IMG/VR virus record: IMGVR_UViG_3300040801_001252
Coordinates: 1-40,433 of that record
DNA from: a virus
DNA: 40,433 bases
Strand: one strand, 5' to 3'
Both the position numbers and the translations under genes were made by a program. Of this stretch, positions 22,572 to 32,172 are shown piece by piece (position 1 is the first letter of the stretch; each line of letters begins with the position of its first letter). The notes below the pieces were generated by a model. The model did no database searches, was not told the DNA's origin, and was given only the letters and a program-made list of their open reading frames with translations.

Positions 22572-22961
22572 ATGACCAGACAATCGCAATATCTGGCGAA
22601 CGCCGACGCCATAGATCACCTCGTGCTTGAGTGCGGGGCGCATGGGTACTCCCGGGCGCAGATCGCCGCGTGCATCGGCGTAGGCCGTAACACCCTCGAC
22701 CGGTGGAGCAAGGAGCACCCGCGCCTTGCCGAGGTGCTTGAGCGCGCCGATACCCTCGCGCAAGCGTGGTGGGAGGGGCGGGCAATGGACGGCACCGCGA
22801 ACCAGAGGATCGGGGCGGCGATATGGGGCAAGAGCATGGCGGCCCGGTTCTCGCATGACTACGCCGACCGGATCGAGCAAGGAGCGATCGGGGAGAGCGC
22901 CCGTGTGACCGAGATCCGGTGGAAGGTCGTAGACCCTCAGGAGCCCGACAGTGGACGGTAG
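22572..22961 (+). CDS. terS: Terminase small subunit (HTH-containing)
   Basis: ATG at 22572 within track ORF 22536..22961. YSRAQIAACIGVGRNTLDRWSKEHP is an HTH. Overlaps the terL start by 11 nt. Confidence 0.65.
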   Translation: MTRQSQYLANADAIDHLVLECGAHGYSRAQIAACIGVGRNTLDRWSKEHPRLAEVLERADTLAQAWWEGRAMDGTANQRIGAAIWGKSMAARFSHDYADRIEQGAIGESARVTEIRWKVVDPQEPDSGR

Positions 22962-24216
22962 CGGGTTCGACCCCTTTGGCGATCTGACAGAGCCGGCTCC
23001 CATTGCAGACGGCGGGCTTGATATCGAGGTCGCCCGGGTCGTATCTCCCGCGCTACAGCCCGCACGCTACAAAGCTCTCTATGGCGGCCGGGGCGGTACA
23101 AAGTCGTATTTTGCCGCCGACTACACGATCGCCAAGGCCATGAACGGCACAAAGTGCCTGTGCGTTCGCGAGGTGCAGCTATCCCTCGACCAATCGTCTA
23201 AGGCCCTGATCGAGGAGCGGATCGACGCCCACGGCTTGCGCGGACAGTTTCGCATTCTCAAGAGCCACATCGAGCACCCGCTCACCGGCGGGCGGATCGA
23301 GTTCAAGGGGATGCAACAGTTCAACGCGGCGAACATCAAGTCGCTGCAAGGCTACGGCCTAGCGTGGTGGGAGGAGGCGCACACGGCCTCACAGTACGCT
23401 CTCGATCTCCTGATCCCGACGATCCGGGCCGACGGGTCCGAACTCATATTCACGTGGAACCCCGAGTTCCCCGAGGATCCGGTTGACGCCATGTTCCGTG
23501 GGCCGAACGCGGTTCGCGACGGCGTGATCCTGATCGAGTGCTCGGCCGATACGAACCCTTGGCTTCCGGCCGTACTCAAGGCCGAGCGCGACGAGCTATG
23601 CCGTCGTGATCCCGAAAAAGCGGCGTGGGTATGGGGTGGCGAGTATCGTACGATCTCCGACGCCAACGTGCTCAAGGGTCTGTATCGGGCCGAGCGGTTC
23701 GAGCCCAAGCCGCATTGGGACGGGCCATATCAGGGGCTCGATTTCGGTTTCGCCAACGATCCGACGGCCGCGATCCGCTTGTATACGTTCGGGAAATCGC
23801 TCTACGTGCACTATGCCGTCGGTACGGTGCAACTCGATCTCGACGATACCGAGCAATACATAATCGAGCGGGTGCCAGAGTGGGACCGGTTCGCCGTGCG
23901 CTGCGACAACGCACGCCCCGAAAGCATTTCCTACCTCAACAAACACGGCTCGGGGCGCTATAGTGCCGCGCCAAAATGGCCGGGTTCGGTCGAGGACGGG
24001 ATCGCGTGGTACAGGTCTTTCGACGAGATCGTCGTGCGCCCTGACCACGCGGCGCCGTTCCTCAAGGAGTGCAAGCGGTACTCGTACAAGGTCAACAAGG
24101 CGGGCGATGTGTTGCCTCAGATCGAAGACAAAGAGAACCACTGGATCGACGCCGGGCGCTACGCGGCCTCGCCTCTCATAAAGGCCACTGGCCTACCGAA
24201 CATAAGGAGCCTCTAG
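22951..24216 (+). CDS. terL: Terminase large subunit (PBSX/Terminase_3-like, headful type)
   Basis: GTG at 22951 with AGGAG 8 nt upstream. Walker A-like YGGRGGTKS, WWEEAH (Walker B/coupling), and a C-terminal nuclease region GLDFGFANDPTA...DAGRYA. Confidence 0.9.
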   Translation: MDGSGFDPFGDLTEPAPIADGGLDIEVARVVSPALQPARYKALYGGRGGTKSYFAADYTIAKAMNGTKCLCVREVQLSLDQSSKALIEERIDAHGLRGQFRILKSHIEHPLTGGRIEFKGMQQFNAANIKSLQGYGLAWWEEAHTASQYALDLLIPTIRADGSELIFTWNPEFPEDPVDAMFRGPNAVRDGVILIECSADTNPWLPAVLKAERDELCRRDPEKAAWVWGGEYRTISDANVLKGLYRAERFEPKPHWDGPYQGLDFGFANDPTAAIRLYTFGKSLYVHYAVGTVQLDLDDTEQYIIERVPEWDRFAVRCDNARPESISYLNKHGSGRYSAAPKWPGSVEDGIAWYRSFDEIVVRPDHAAPFLKECKRYSYKVNKAGDVLPQIEDKENHWIDAGRYAASPLIKATGLPNIRSL

Positions 24217-24219
24217 CCT

Positions 24220-25473
24220 ATGGCCTTTTGGGATTTCCTAAGCCGCAAGTCGAGCGAAGCGAGCCGCCTACTCGTCACGAACCCGGGGCAACCCCGGTGG
24301 ACGCCTCGCGACTATGCCAAGCTCGCCCGAGAGGGCTACCAATACAACGTGGTCGCCTATCAGGCGGTCAACCGCGTTGCCGACGCCGTGTCCTCGATCG
24401 AGTGGGAGTTCTGGCAAGGCGACAAGCCGATCGAGGACGCTAATCACCCGCTCAAGATCTTGTGGCACAAGCCGAACCCGCAACAGTCGGGCGGCGAGTT
24501 TCTGCGCGCCCTGATCGGCTACTTGCTCTTGTCGGGCAACGGATACGTTGAAGGCGCCGAGGGCGTACGAAACCGCCCTCGGGAGCTTTACGCGCTGCGC
24601 TCTGACCGTATGCGGGTCGTGCCGAACTCCGAGGGCCTCGTCGATCGGTTCGAGTATCGCTACAACTCGCGCAAGGTTACGTGGGACGTGGACCCGTTCA
24701 CCGGGCAAGGGCCGATCTTGCACCTCAAGATGTTTCACCCTCTCGATGATTTCTACGGCATGAGCCCGATTGAAGCCGGGGCATTCGCCGTCGATCAGAA
24801 CAACGAGGCAATGAAGTGGATGCAGGCCTTGCTCCAAAACTCGGCCCGGCCGAGCGGGGCGCTTGTGCTCAAGGAGGGCCAGAACCTCGGCGACGAACAG
24901 ATCGCCCGGCTGCAAGCACAGATCGAGGAGCAATACAGCGGCGCGGCCAACGCCGGCCGGCCCATGCTCCTAGAGAACGGCCTCGATTGGCGCCAGATGG
25001 GCCTTAGCCCGTCCGATATGGCGATCCTCGACACCAAGTTCTCAAGCGCGCGCGACGTGGCGCTTGCGTTCGGCGTGCCGCCGCAACTTTTGGGTATCCC
25101 GGGCGACAACACCTATTCGAACTACAAGGAGGCGCGCCTTGCCTTCTACGAGGACACGGTAATACCGCTCCTCGGGCATATCCTCGGCTCGTTCAACCCG
25201 TGGTTCGAGGTGCCGTTCGACGGCGCCTACCTCATGCCGAACCTCGACAGTATCCCGGCGATCGCCGAGAAACGCGAGGACAAGTGGGCGATGATCGACA
25301 AGAGCCGCGAGCTTACGATCAACGAGCGCCGGGAGGCCAAGGGATACCCGCCGCTTGAGCAAGTTGTGCCGGGTGAGAACGGAAACCGGCTGATCGGCCC
25401 GGATCGCGCCGAGGCGGCCGTAAACACCGAGGAGGGCAAGGCCCTGCTATCGAGGCTTGCTTATGGATCGTGA
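24220..25473 (+). CDS. Portal protein (HK97-family type)
   Basis: 417 aa between terL and the MuF-like gene. Sequence pattern is typical of HK97-type portals (LLLSGNGYVE..., ...FGVPPQLLG...). Confidence 0.85.
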   Translation: MAFWDFLSRKSSEASRLLVTNPGQPRWTPRDYAKLAREGYQYNVVAYQAVNRVADAVSSIEWEFWQGDKPIEDANHPLKILWHKPNPQQSGGEFLRALIGYLLLSGNGYVEGAEGVRNRPRELYALRSDRMRVVPNSEGLVDRFEYRYNSRKVTWDVDPFTGQGPILHLKMFHPLDDFYGMSPIEAGAFAVDQNNEAMKWMQALLQNSARPSGALVLKEGQNLGDEQIARLQAQIEEQYSGAANAGRPMLLENGLDWRQMGLSPSDMAILDTKFSSARDVALAFGVPPQLLGIPGDNTYSNYKEARLAFYEDTVIPLLGHILGSFNPWFEVPFDGAYLMPNLDSIPAIAEKREDKWAMIDKSRELTINERREAKGYPPLEQVVPGENGNRLIGPDRAEAAVNTEEGKALLSRLAYGS

Positions 25474-27298
25474 GGCCGAGGCCCGGGCGATCAACGCGCT
25501 GCAAGACCGTATCGCCGACAAGCACATGAAGGCCCTAGAGGGCGTTCTCGTGGCGGCTATGACGGTCGTGGCGGCCAAGTTACCAGTTGGGGGGCGCCCT
25601 GACCCGCCCGACGACTTTTTCCCGGCGTTGCAGCGCGTCATGGGGGCCATGTATCGCGACATTACGCGCGAGACGGCCGCCTCGATGGTCGATCGGTTCA
25701 AGAGCGGGTTTACGTGGATCGAAACCAAGGCCGACGAGGACGGCTTTTACGAGCGCCTCTACGAGGAGTATATGCAGCGGTACGGGGGCCAGAGGATCTC
25801 GCAGATCAGCGAGGCGACCCGAGGCCAGATCGTGCGGATCATCGAGCGCGGCTTGCGGGACGGCTTGAGCCTCGACGAGATCTCCGACGAGCTTATGCAA
25901 ACCGCGCCGATCTTGTCGGAAACCCGGGCGCACATCATTTCGCGCACCGAGACGCACTCGGCCTCGATGTACGCCTCGATCAACTCGGCCAAGCGATCGA
26001 CGCTCCCGCTCAACAAGGAATGGGTATCGGCAGAGGACGGCCGAACCCGTGATTTCGGAGAGGGCGACGGCGAGGTAGACGAGTTCTCGCACCGGGCCAT
26101 GAACGGGGTCACGGTGCCGCTCGACGACCCGTTCGAGGTGCCGACCCGTTTCGGCACGACAGAGCAACTCATGTACCCCGGAGACCCGGCGGGATCCGCC
26201 GCGAACATCATAAATTGCCGGTGCTCTCAGGTTTACGTGCCCGCCGACGGCGTCGGCGAGGACGAGCCTGAGCCGACCCCGCGCCAACGGCAACCCGGCG
26301 GCCCGGCCTTCCGCTATCAGACAATGGACGACCCGCCGGCAAACCCGGCCGCGCTCAATGAGTGGATTGTCGAGAACCGGATCGCCTCGCAAGCCGACCT
26401 AAAGGGCGTGACGGCTCGCGAGATTGCGCCTTTGATGCGACATATGCTTGAGGTTCACGAGCGGTTCGGGCTCGACCCGCTTGTCGCCGTCGGCCCGGCT
26501 CAACGGTTCGTGCGCGCCCGCCGGGCACGAACCAACGCGGCGATCTATACGTCGGTGCGGGATCCGAACACCGGATTTCGAGGTATCTGGCACATGCCGA
26601 CGACATTCGGGAACCGGAAACGCTACGAGCGGCAACAGGAGATCGGGGAGTATTGGCGGCAAGACGGCAAATACACCCGCAAACGGCGGGCGGTGCTCGA
26701 TCAATCTCGGTTCCTCGACGAGGAGGTGCGCACGCGAGGCCGCCGCATGGATCAGGAGGGCTTGCCGTGGGACTTTACCCTCAACGTTGCCGACGAGCCC
26801 GACTTGCAGCGCCGCAAGATCATTTACCACGAATACGGCCATGTCGTGCACCTTACGAACACGGCAAATCCCCGCATGGGTGAAGAAATAAACGAGGTCT
26901 TGCGCCGGATCGGTCATCCGGGGTCCGGTTGGGGCTACCTTCTGAGCGACTACGCGAACACGAACAACGCCGAACTCGTCGCTGAGAGCTTCTCGCTCTA
27001 CATGACCGGGCCGCTCGATCAATACTACCGGATACACCCTGATCTCCTTGCGATTTTCCGGCGCTACGATCGCGCCGTCGGCGAGGCCAGCGTGCAGCTA
27101 GTGGGGCTCCCGATCATGCAACCCGAACGCCACAAGAATGATATCTCGCCGGAAACAGACGGCGTAGCCCTTATCCGCGAAATTCTCGCGAACCCGGAAC
27201 GGCGCGACGAGCTTGTCGCGGCTTACACGGGCGACGATCTCGACATGATCGAGCCCTATATCGACGAGGCTCTCGCGCTGAATGTGGATCTGGCATAG
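25463..27298 (+). CDS. Head morphogenesis protein (SPP1 gp7/Mu F-like) fused to a C-terminal HExxH zincin-like metallopeptidase domain
   Basis: MuF core is IISRTETHSASMYAS...NKEWVSAEDGRTRD...NIINCRCSQVYV, ending near 26224. The C-terminal ~355 aa contain HEYGH (26828-26842) and NNAELVAESFSLY (Glu codons at 26972 and 26984). Confidence 0.85.
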   Translation: MDREAEARAINALQDRIADKHMKALEGVLVAAMTVVAAKLPVGGRPDPPDDFFPALQRVMGAMYRDITRETAASMVDRFKSGFTWIETKADEDGFYERLYEEYMQRYGGQRISQISEATRGQIVRIIERGLRDGLSLDEISDELMQTAPILSETRAHIISRTETHSASMYASINSAKRSTLPLNKEWVSAEDGRTRDFGEGDGEVDEFSHRAMNGVTVPLDDPFEVPTRFGTTEQLMYPGDPAGSAANIINCRCSQVYVPADGVGEDEPEPTPRQRQPGGPAFRYQTMDDPPANPAALNEWIVENRIASQADLKGVTAREIAPLMRHMLEVHERFGLDPLVAVGPAQRFVRARRARTNAAIYTSVRDPNTGFRGIWHMPTTFGNRKRYERQQEIGEYWRQDGKYTRKRRAVLDQSRFLDEEVRTRGRRMDQEGLPWDFTLNVADEPDLQRRKIIYHEYGHVVHLTNTANPRMGEEINEVLRRIGHPGSGWGYLLSDYANTNNAELVAESFSLYMTGPLDQYYRIHPDLLAIFRRYDRAVGEASVQLVGLPIMQPERHKNDISPETDGVALIREILANPERRDELVAAYTGDDLDMIEPYIDEALALNVDLA

Positions 27299-27380
27299 AC
27301 AAAACTTGCCCGTTTGGGCTACATTTCGCGTCAACGACCGAGAGCGGACATATACTTAGCGGTTGAGGATACCCGAGTTA

Positions 27381-28052
27381 ATGGACATGCAACACAAGAC
27401 CCTCACGTTCGAGGTCAAGCAGACAAACGGCGACGGCGGGTTCGAGGGCTACGCCTCGACGATGGATCTCGACCGGGGCGGCGACGTGATCGAAATGGGC
27501 GCGTTCGATCGCTCCCTTGCTCGGCACAAGGGCCGAGGGTCGAAACCCAAAATGCTCTGGAACCACAACCCCGACAAGGTCGTCGGCGTGTGGGACGAGT
27601 TCTCGCAGGATGATCGAGGGCTCTACGTCAAAGGCCGGTGCGTTACGACGACCACGATCGGCAAGGATTGCCATGAGCTTTTGCGCGCGGGCGCGATCGA
27701 CAGCATGTCGATCGGCTACATGACGCGCGAGGCCGAGTATGAGGACGGTGGCGAGGTTCGTCGCCTCAAAGAGGTAGACCTGTGGGAGGTCTCGCTTGTT
27801 ACCTTCCCAATGAACGAGGAGGCTCGCGTTACCGCCGTGAAGCGGATCGAGAGCATCCGAGACGTTGAGCGCCTACTCCGAGACGGAGGGGTGCCCAACG
27901 AGTTCGCCAAGCTCGTTGCCCTGCATGGGTTCGAGGAGGCGAAAGCACGCATCGACGGACGCCGGGACGGTGACGACGACGTGAACAAGAGCGACGGGCT
28001 CGCCCGTCTCATGGCAACCCTAGAGGCACGAAAGGATCTTTCCCATGTCTAA
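27381..28052 (+). CDS. Prohead protease (HK97 family, S78)
   Basis: FEGYASTMDLDRGGDVIEMGAFDRSL...MLWNHN is the family signature. Start could be ATG 27381 or 27387, or TTG 27363. Confidence 0.85.
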   Translation: MDMQHKTLTFEVKQTNGDGGFEGYASTMDLDRGGDVIEMGAFDRSLARHKGRGSKPKMLWNHNPDKVVGVWDEFSQDDRGLYVKGRCVTTTTIGKDCHELLRAGAIDSMSIGYMTREAEYEDGGEVRRLKEVDLWEVSLVTFPMNEEARVTAVKRIESIRDVERLLRDGGVPNEFAKLVALHGFEEAKARIDGRRDGDDDVNKSDGLARLMATLEARKDLSHV

Positions 28053-29385
28053 GGATTTCACGCTCGACGACATTACGAAGGCCGTCGAAGACGGCAATCG
28101 TGCGTTCGAAGAGTTCAAGCAAAAGAACGACGAACGCCTGAAGGAGATCGAGAGCAAAGGCCTTGACGACGTTGTTCGCAAGGACGAACTCGCGAAGATC
28201 AACGACGCGATCGAGGCGTCGCAAAAGGCGAACGACCAGTTCGCCGCACGCCTCAAGCGCATTGCTCTTTACGGCAAGACCGCCGACGAGGGCGCCTCTC
28301 GCGAGGATCGCGAAGAAAAGGCGTTCCAGTGGTGGGCGGGCCAGATGGGCCGCAAGGGCAAGCGCGTCACTCGTGACGACTTCGACGACAGCGCACAGGA
28401 GGCAACCGCCGCCTACAAGCGCGCGTTCGACAGCTACGTTCGCCACAACGGCGACGAGCGCAGCATGTCGCCCGACGACCTCAAGGCTCTGAGCGTCGGC
28501 TCGGATCCCGACGGCGGCTACGTCGTGGACGCCGACACCGGCGGCCGTATCGTCTCGCGGATCTTCGAAACGTCGCCGATGCGCCAGTTCGCCTCGATCC
28601 AGACGATCGGCACGGACGCCCTTGAGGGCCTGCACGACAGCGATCAGGCCGCATTCGGTTGGGTCGGCGAGGAGGGTTCGCGCACCGAAACGAACACGCC
28701 CAAGCTCGAAAAGTGGCGCATTCCGGTGCACGAAATGTATGCGAAACCGGCGGCGACGCAGAAGCTCCTCGATGATGCGGCGATCAACATGGAGGCTTGG
28801 CTGCAATCGAAAGTCACCGACCGGTTCGCCCGGGCGGAAAACACGGCTTTCGTGACCGGCACCGGCGTAGACCGCCCTCGCGGTTTCACGACCTACCCGG
28901 ATCGAGCCTCGGCTGACGTGTTCGAGATCGGCGCGATCGAACAGTTCGACAGCGGCGCGAACGGCGCGTTCGTTGCGGCACCGAACGGCGGCGACGTTCT
29001 GATCGACGCCCTCTACGGCCTCAAGGCGCAATATCGGGCCAATGCCACGTGGTTTATGAACCGCAAGGTTGCCGCCGAGGTTCGCCAGTTGAAGGACAGC
29101 GACGGCGCTTACCTGTGGGTGCCCGGGATCGCAGCGGGCCAGCCCGCCTCGCTCCTCGGCTATCCGACCGCCTCGTTCGAGGATATGGCGGATCTTGCCA
29201 CGGGCTCGCTCTCGATCGCCGTCGGCGACATGCGCGAGGCCTACCAGATCGTCGATCGTATCGGCGTTCGGGTTCTCCGCGACCCCTACTCGAACAAGCC
29301 CTACGTCGAGTTCTACTCGACCAAGCGTGTCGGTGGCGACGTGGTGAACTTTGAGGCGATCAAGCTGATCCGCTTCTCGGCCTAA
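28045..29385 (+). CDS. Major capsid protein (HK97 fold) with an N-terminal coiled-coil delta/scaffold domain
   Basis: 446 aa. The C-terminus ...VLRDPYSNKPYVEFYSTKRVGGDVVNFEAIKLIRF is typical of HK97-family MCPs. Overlaps the protease stop by 8 nt. Confidence 0.9.
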   Translation: MSKDFTLDDITKAVEDGNRAFEEFKQKNDERLKEIESKGLDDVVRKDELAKINDAIEASQKANDQFAARLKRIALYGKTADEGASREDREEKAFQWWAGQMGRKGKRVTRDDFDDSAQEATAAYKRAFDSYVRHNGDERSMSPDDLKALSVGSDPDGGYVVDADTGGRIVSRIFETSPMRQFASIQTIGTDALEGLHDSDQAAFGWVGEEGSRTETNTPKLEKWRIPVHEMYAKPAATQKLLDDAAINMEAWLQSKVTDRFARAENTAFVTGTGVDRPRGFTTYPDRASADVFEIGAIEQFDSGANGAFVAAPNGGDVLIDALYGLKAQYRANATWFMNRKVAAEVRQLKDSDGAYLWVPGIAAGQPASLLGYPTASFEDMADLATGSLSIAVGDMREAYQIVDRIGVRVLRDPYSNKPYVEFYSTKRVGGDVVNFEAIKLIRFSA

Positions 29386-29448
29386 TCATGGGAGCGGGCC
29401 CTAGCGGTCCGCGCCTTCCCTTTCCGCGAACGAACAGGAGGTTTCCCC

Positions 29449-29865
29449 ATGCTTCGCGACCTTAACTCGAACGTTGCAGCACTTGAGAGCATCCGCCCTC
29501 AGGTCGCAACCGCCGCCGTTGACGGCGAAACCGTCGATCTCCGGGGCTACGACAGCGCCGTGATCGTTGTCTCTGTCGGTGCGATCACCGGCACGGGCGG
29601 CGACGCGACCGTGACCCTTGAGGAGAGCGACGACGGCACCACGTGGGCCGACGTTGCCGACGCCGATATCCTCGGCACCGAGCCGACCCTCGCCGCGAAC
29701 AACGACTACCAGTTCGGCTACATCGGCGACGCTCGTTACGTCCGCGCGACGTTCACTCTCGGCACCGAGACCAACGTCGCCCTCTCGGCGATGGTCGTCG
29801 CCGGTCATGCCCACAAGGCACCGACGGCCGAGAGCGGCGCAGCGCCGACCTACACCGGCACCTAA
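29449..29865 (+). CDS. Hypothetical head-associated protein (138 aa; decoration-like position)
   Basis: AGGAGG SD. Beta-rich sequence immediately after the MCP gene. Confidence 0.55.
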   Translation: MLRDLNSNVAALESIRPQVATAAVDGETVDLRGYDSAVIVVSVGAITGTGGDATVTLEESDDGTTWADVADADILGTEPTLAANNDYQFGYIGDARYVRATFTLGTETNVALSAMVVAGHAHKAPTAESGAAPTYTGT

Positions 29866-29887
29866 CCCCTTTCCCTGAGGGGCTAGG

Positions 29888-29925
29888 CCCGGGGCACCTT
29901 CACCTCCTCCCGAGGGTGCCCCGGG
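29888..29925 (+). other. 11-bp hairpin after the capsid/decoration genes
   Basis: cccggggcacc (29888-29898) pairs with ggtgccccggg (29915-29925), with a 16-nt loop. No U-tract follows, so it is an RNA-stability or terminator-like element only by position. Confidence 0.35.
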
Positions 29926-29950
29926 GCGCATGACACAAGGAGAGAGCACA

Positions 29951-30169
29951 ATGGCACCGAAACCACGCACACAGGCTCGCATGCGGGTCCGCTATGGCCG
30001 CTACCGTGAAGGCGAAACGGTCATGGGCGATCTGGCGACCAAGTTGATCGCCGACGGCATGGCCGTAGACGTGACGCCCAAGGCCAAGAAGGCCGCACCG
30101 GCCAAGAAGGCCATGAAGGCAGCACCCGAGAACAAGGCCGACGATGGGTTCGACCCCGACGGCGAATGA
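29951..30169 (+). CDS. Small basic protein with a Lys/Ala-rich (AKKA-type) tail, 72 aa
   Basis: ATG at 29951 with AGGAG 8 nt upstream. ...TPKAKKAAPAKKAMKAAPENKADD. Confidence 0.5.
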   Translation: MAPKPRTQARMRVRYGRYREGETVMGDLATKLIADGMAVDVTPKAKKAAPAKKAMKAAPENKADDGFDPDGE

Positions 30170-30179
30170 GAGGTAAGAC

Positions 30180-30866
30180 ATGGCCCTACGGCGCGCGCGG
30201 CTGATCCACGATTACAGGGGCAACCGGCTGCAAACCGCGCCGGGGGTCGAACCTGTTACCCTCGACGAACTCAAAACGCACTTGCGGATCAGCGGAGACG
30301 CCGAGGACAGCTACCTCACGGCCCTGATCGAGGAAACCCGGCAAGAGATCGAGGATCAGACCGGGATCGCGTTCATCACTCAAACGTGGCAGTTGACCCT
30401 CGATCGGTGGCCAGCGGCTCGCGAGGAGTGGTGGGACGGGGAGCGCGAGGCTCACGTAGACGTGCTCTACGGGGGCAACCGCCAGAACTACGCCTCGGTG
30501 CGCCTCCCGCGCTACCCATTGCAGACGATAGACACGATCACGGTATACCCCGAGAGCGGGGCCGGATCCCTTGTCACTGTCGCCGACGTGTTCGACGTGG
30601 ACACGCAACAGCTACGCGGCCGCCTTACGATTAAGCGAGGAGCCACTTGGCCCGTCGCGCTGCGAGCTAACAACGCGATCGAGATCGTCTACTCGGCCGG
30701 GTATGGCGACGCCGCCTCGGACGTGCCGGCGCCGCTAAAGCGCGCTATCCGGCAAATGGCGGCCTACATCTACGAGCACCGGGGCGACGGCTGCACGCCC
30801 GAGGACGCTTACACGGCCTCAGGCGCAAAGAGCGTCCTCGATCGCTACCGTTCCGTCGAGGTGTAG
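30180..30866 (+). CDS. Head-tail connector (gp6-like / DNA-packaging QLRG-type) protein
   Basis: LDELKTHLRISGDAEDSYLTALIEETRQEIEDQTG is the signature N-terminus of gp6-like connectors. Confidence 0.7.
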   Translation: MALRRARLIHDYRGNRLQTAPGVEPVTLDELKTHLRISGDAEDSYLTALIEETRQEIEDQTGIAFITQTWQLTLDRWPAAREEWWDGEREAHVDVLYGGNRQNYASVRLPRYPLQTIDTITVYPESGAGSLVTVADVFDVDTQQLRGRLTIKRGATWPVALRANNAIEIVYSAGYGDAASDVPAPLKRAIRQMAAYIYEHRGDGCTPEDAYTASGAKSVLDRYRSVEV

Positions 30867-30869
30867 CGC

Positions 30870-31361
30870 ATGTCATGGCCTCAGGCGGCGGGCCTACAGA
30901 TCACCCGCAACAAGGCAAAGGGCAATCGGTCGATCAACATTTTCGGCCGCAACACCTCGATCGGCATCACCTTTGAGCCGATTACGCCCGGCGGCGTCTT
31001 ACGCCTTCCGCTCCCGGCCGACGCGCAACGCTTGCGTATCGCCGCCGGCGGCAATGCGGCCGACAGCGCGGCCGGCGCCGGGGCGCAACAAATTCTGATC
31101 TCAGGCCTCAACGCCGAGGGTAACAAGGCCGCCGAGATTGTCACCACGGCAGGCGCAACGGCGAGCGCGCTCACGACTACAGCCTTTTGGCGCGTACAAG
31201 AGGTGATCGTGTTGCATATCCAGTTCACCGACATTGTGTTTTACGCCAAGGTTTCGAACTCGACCTCGCCGTGCTCGGTATCGTGGGACGGTGTGTTGAC
31301 CCTCGGGATCGACGACGTGGATCTCAACGGCGTGACGGCAGAGGACTTTGTGCTCCCATGA
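30870..31361 (+). CDS. Hypothetical protein (163 aa) inserted in the head-tail joining module
   Basis: High GC3 ORF with an ATGA overlap to the next gene. No secure domain call. Confidence 0.5.
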   Translation: MSWPQAAGLQITRNKAKGNRSINIFGRNTSIGITFEPITPGGVLRLPLPADAQRLRIAAGGNAADSAAGAGAQQILISGLNAEGNKAAEIVTTAGATASALTTTAFWRVQEVIVLHIQFTDIVFYAKVSNSTSPCSVSWDGVLTLGIDDVDLNGVTAEDFVLP

Positions 31362-31720
31362 AATGCTGCGATATCACCTCGGGCAAGCTCTCCGAAAAGA
31401 TCACGATCGAGCGCAACACGCCCGCCACTGACAGCGAAGGCGGGTTTACGGACGCATGGGCCGCCGACCCCTTGGGCGGCGTGTGGGCGATGGCGCGGGC
31501 CGTGGGCGGCGCGGAGAGGTGGTTTGCAGAGCGGGTCACGCCGGGCAACCGCTACCGGTTCGTGATCCGGTTTCGTGACGACGGCAACGGCGCGCCCTAC
31601 TATTCGGCGGCCGACCGGATCGTGTATAATGGCCGCACGTACGGGATCGAGAGCGTGGTCGATATCGAGAACGATCGCCGGTTTCTTGAGATCACGGCGG
31701 TAGAGAACAAGGCAAGCTAA
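31358..31720 (+). CDS. Head closure / head-tail adaptor protein (SPP1 gp16-like)
   Basis: ATG at 31358 (MKCCDITSGKLSEKITIERNT...DSEGGFTDAW...RIVYNGRTYGIESVVD) fits the head-tail joining family pattern. Confidence 0.7.
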   Translation: MKCCDITSGKLSEKITIERNTPATDSEGGFTDAWAADPLGGVWAMARAVGGAERWFAERVTPGNRYRFVIRFRDDGNGAPYYSAADRIVYNGRTYGIESVVDIENDRRFLEITAVENKAS

Positions 31721-32172
31721 TGGTCGCGCCGCGCATTCAAATCACGGGAGATCAGAAGCTCCTAGGCCAGTTTCGCAAGCTCGCGGACCAAGGCGAGGAG
31801 GTCGTGCACGAGCTTGTGACCGAGCTTACCCTCGACGTGCACCGGCGGGCCGTGCGCGGCGTGCAACGGGGCCCGGCGAGCGGTCGCGTCTACACCAAAA
31901 GCAACCCGCGCCGCACGCATCAAGCCTCGGCGCCCGGTGAATATCCGGCGACCGATACCGGCCGCCTTGCCTCGTCGATCCAGTTCGAGCCGCCGACCAA
32001 CAAGAAAAAGCCGGTCGGGATCGTCGGGACGAACCTCAACTATGGCCGCTATCTTGAGTTCAAGAGCCCGGCCGGCGGCGGCCGTCCTTGGCTCATGCGC
32101 GCGTTCAACGAGGGCGTTGAGCGCGGCGAGGATCTGCTACAGCGCATATTCAAGCGGAGAACCAAGCTCTAA
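31720..32172 (+). CDS. HK97 gp10-family tail-head joining protein
   Basis: PGEYPATDTGRLASSI is the GxxPxxxTGxLxxSI signature. TAATG overlap. Confidence 0.75.
   Translation: MVAPRIQITGDQKLLGQFRKLADQGEEVVHELVTELTLDVHRRAVRGVQRGPASGRVYTKSNPRRTHQASAPGEYPATDTGRLASSIQFEPPTNKKKPVGIVGTNLNYGRYLEFKSPAGGGRPWLMRAFNEGVERGEDLLQRIFKRRTKL

Noticed and set aside
29386-29448. Terminator after the capsid gene (gcgggcc ctagc ggtccgc)
   Set aside because: The 7-bp stem has a mismatch and no U-tract, and the downstream gene has its own strong SD. There is not enough evidence to call it.
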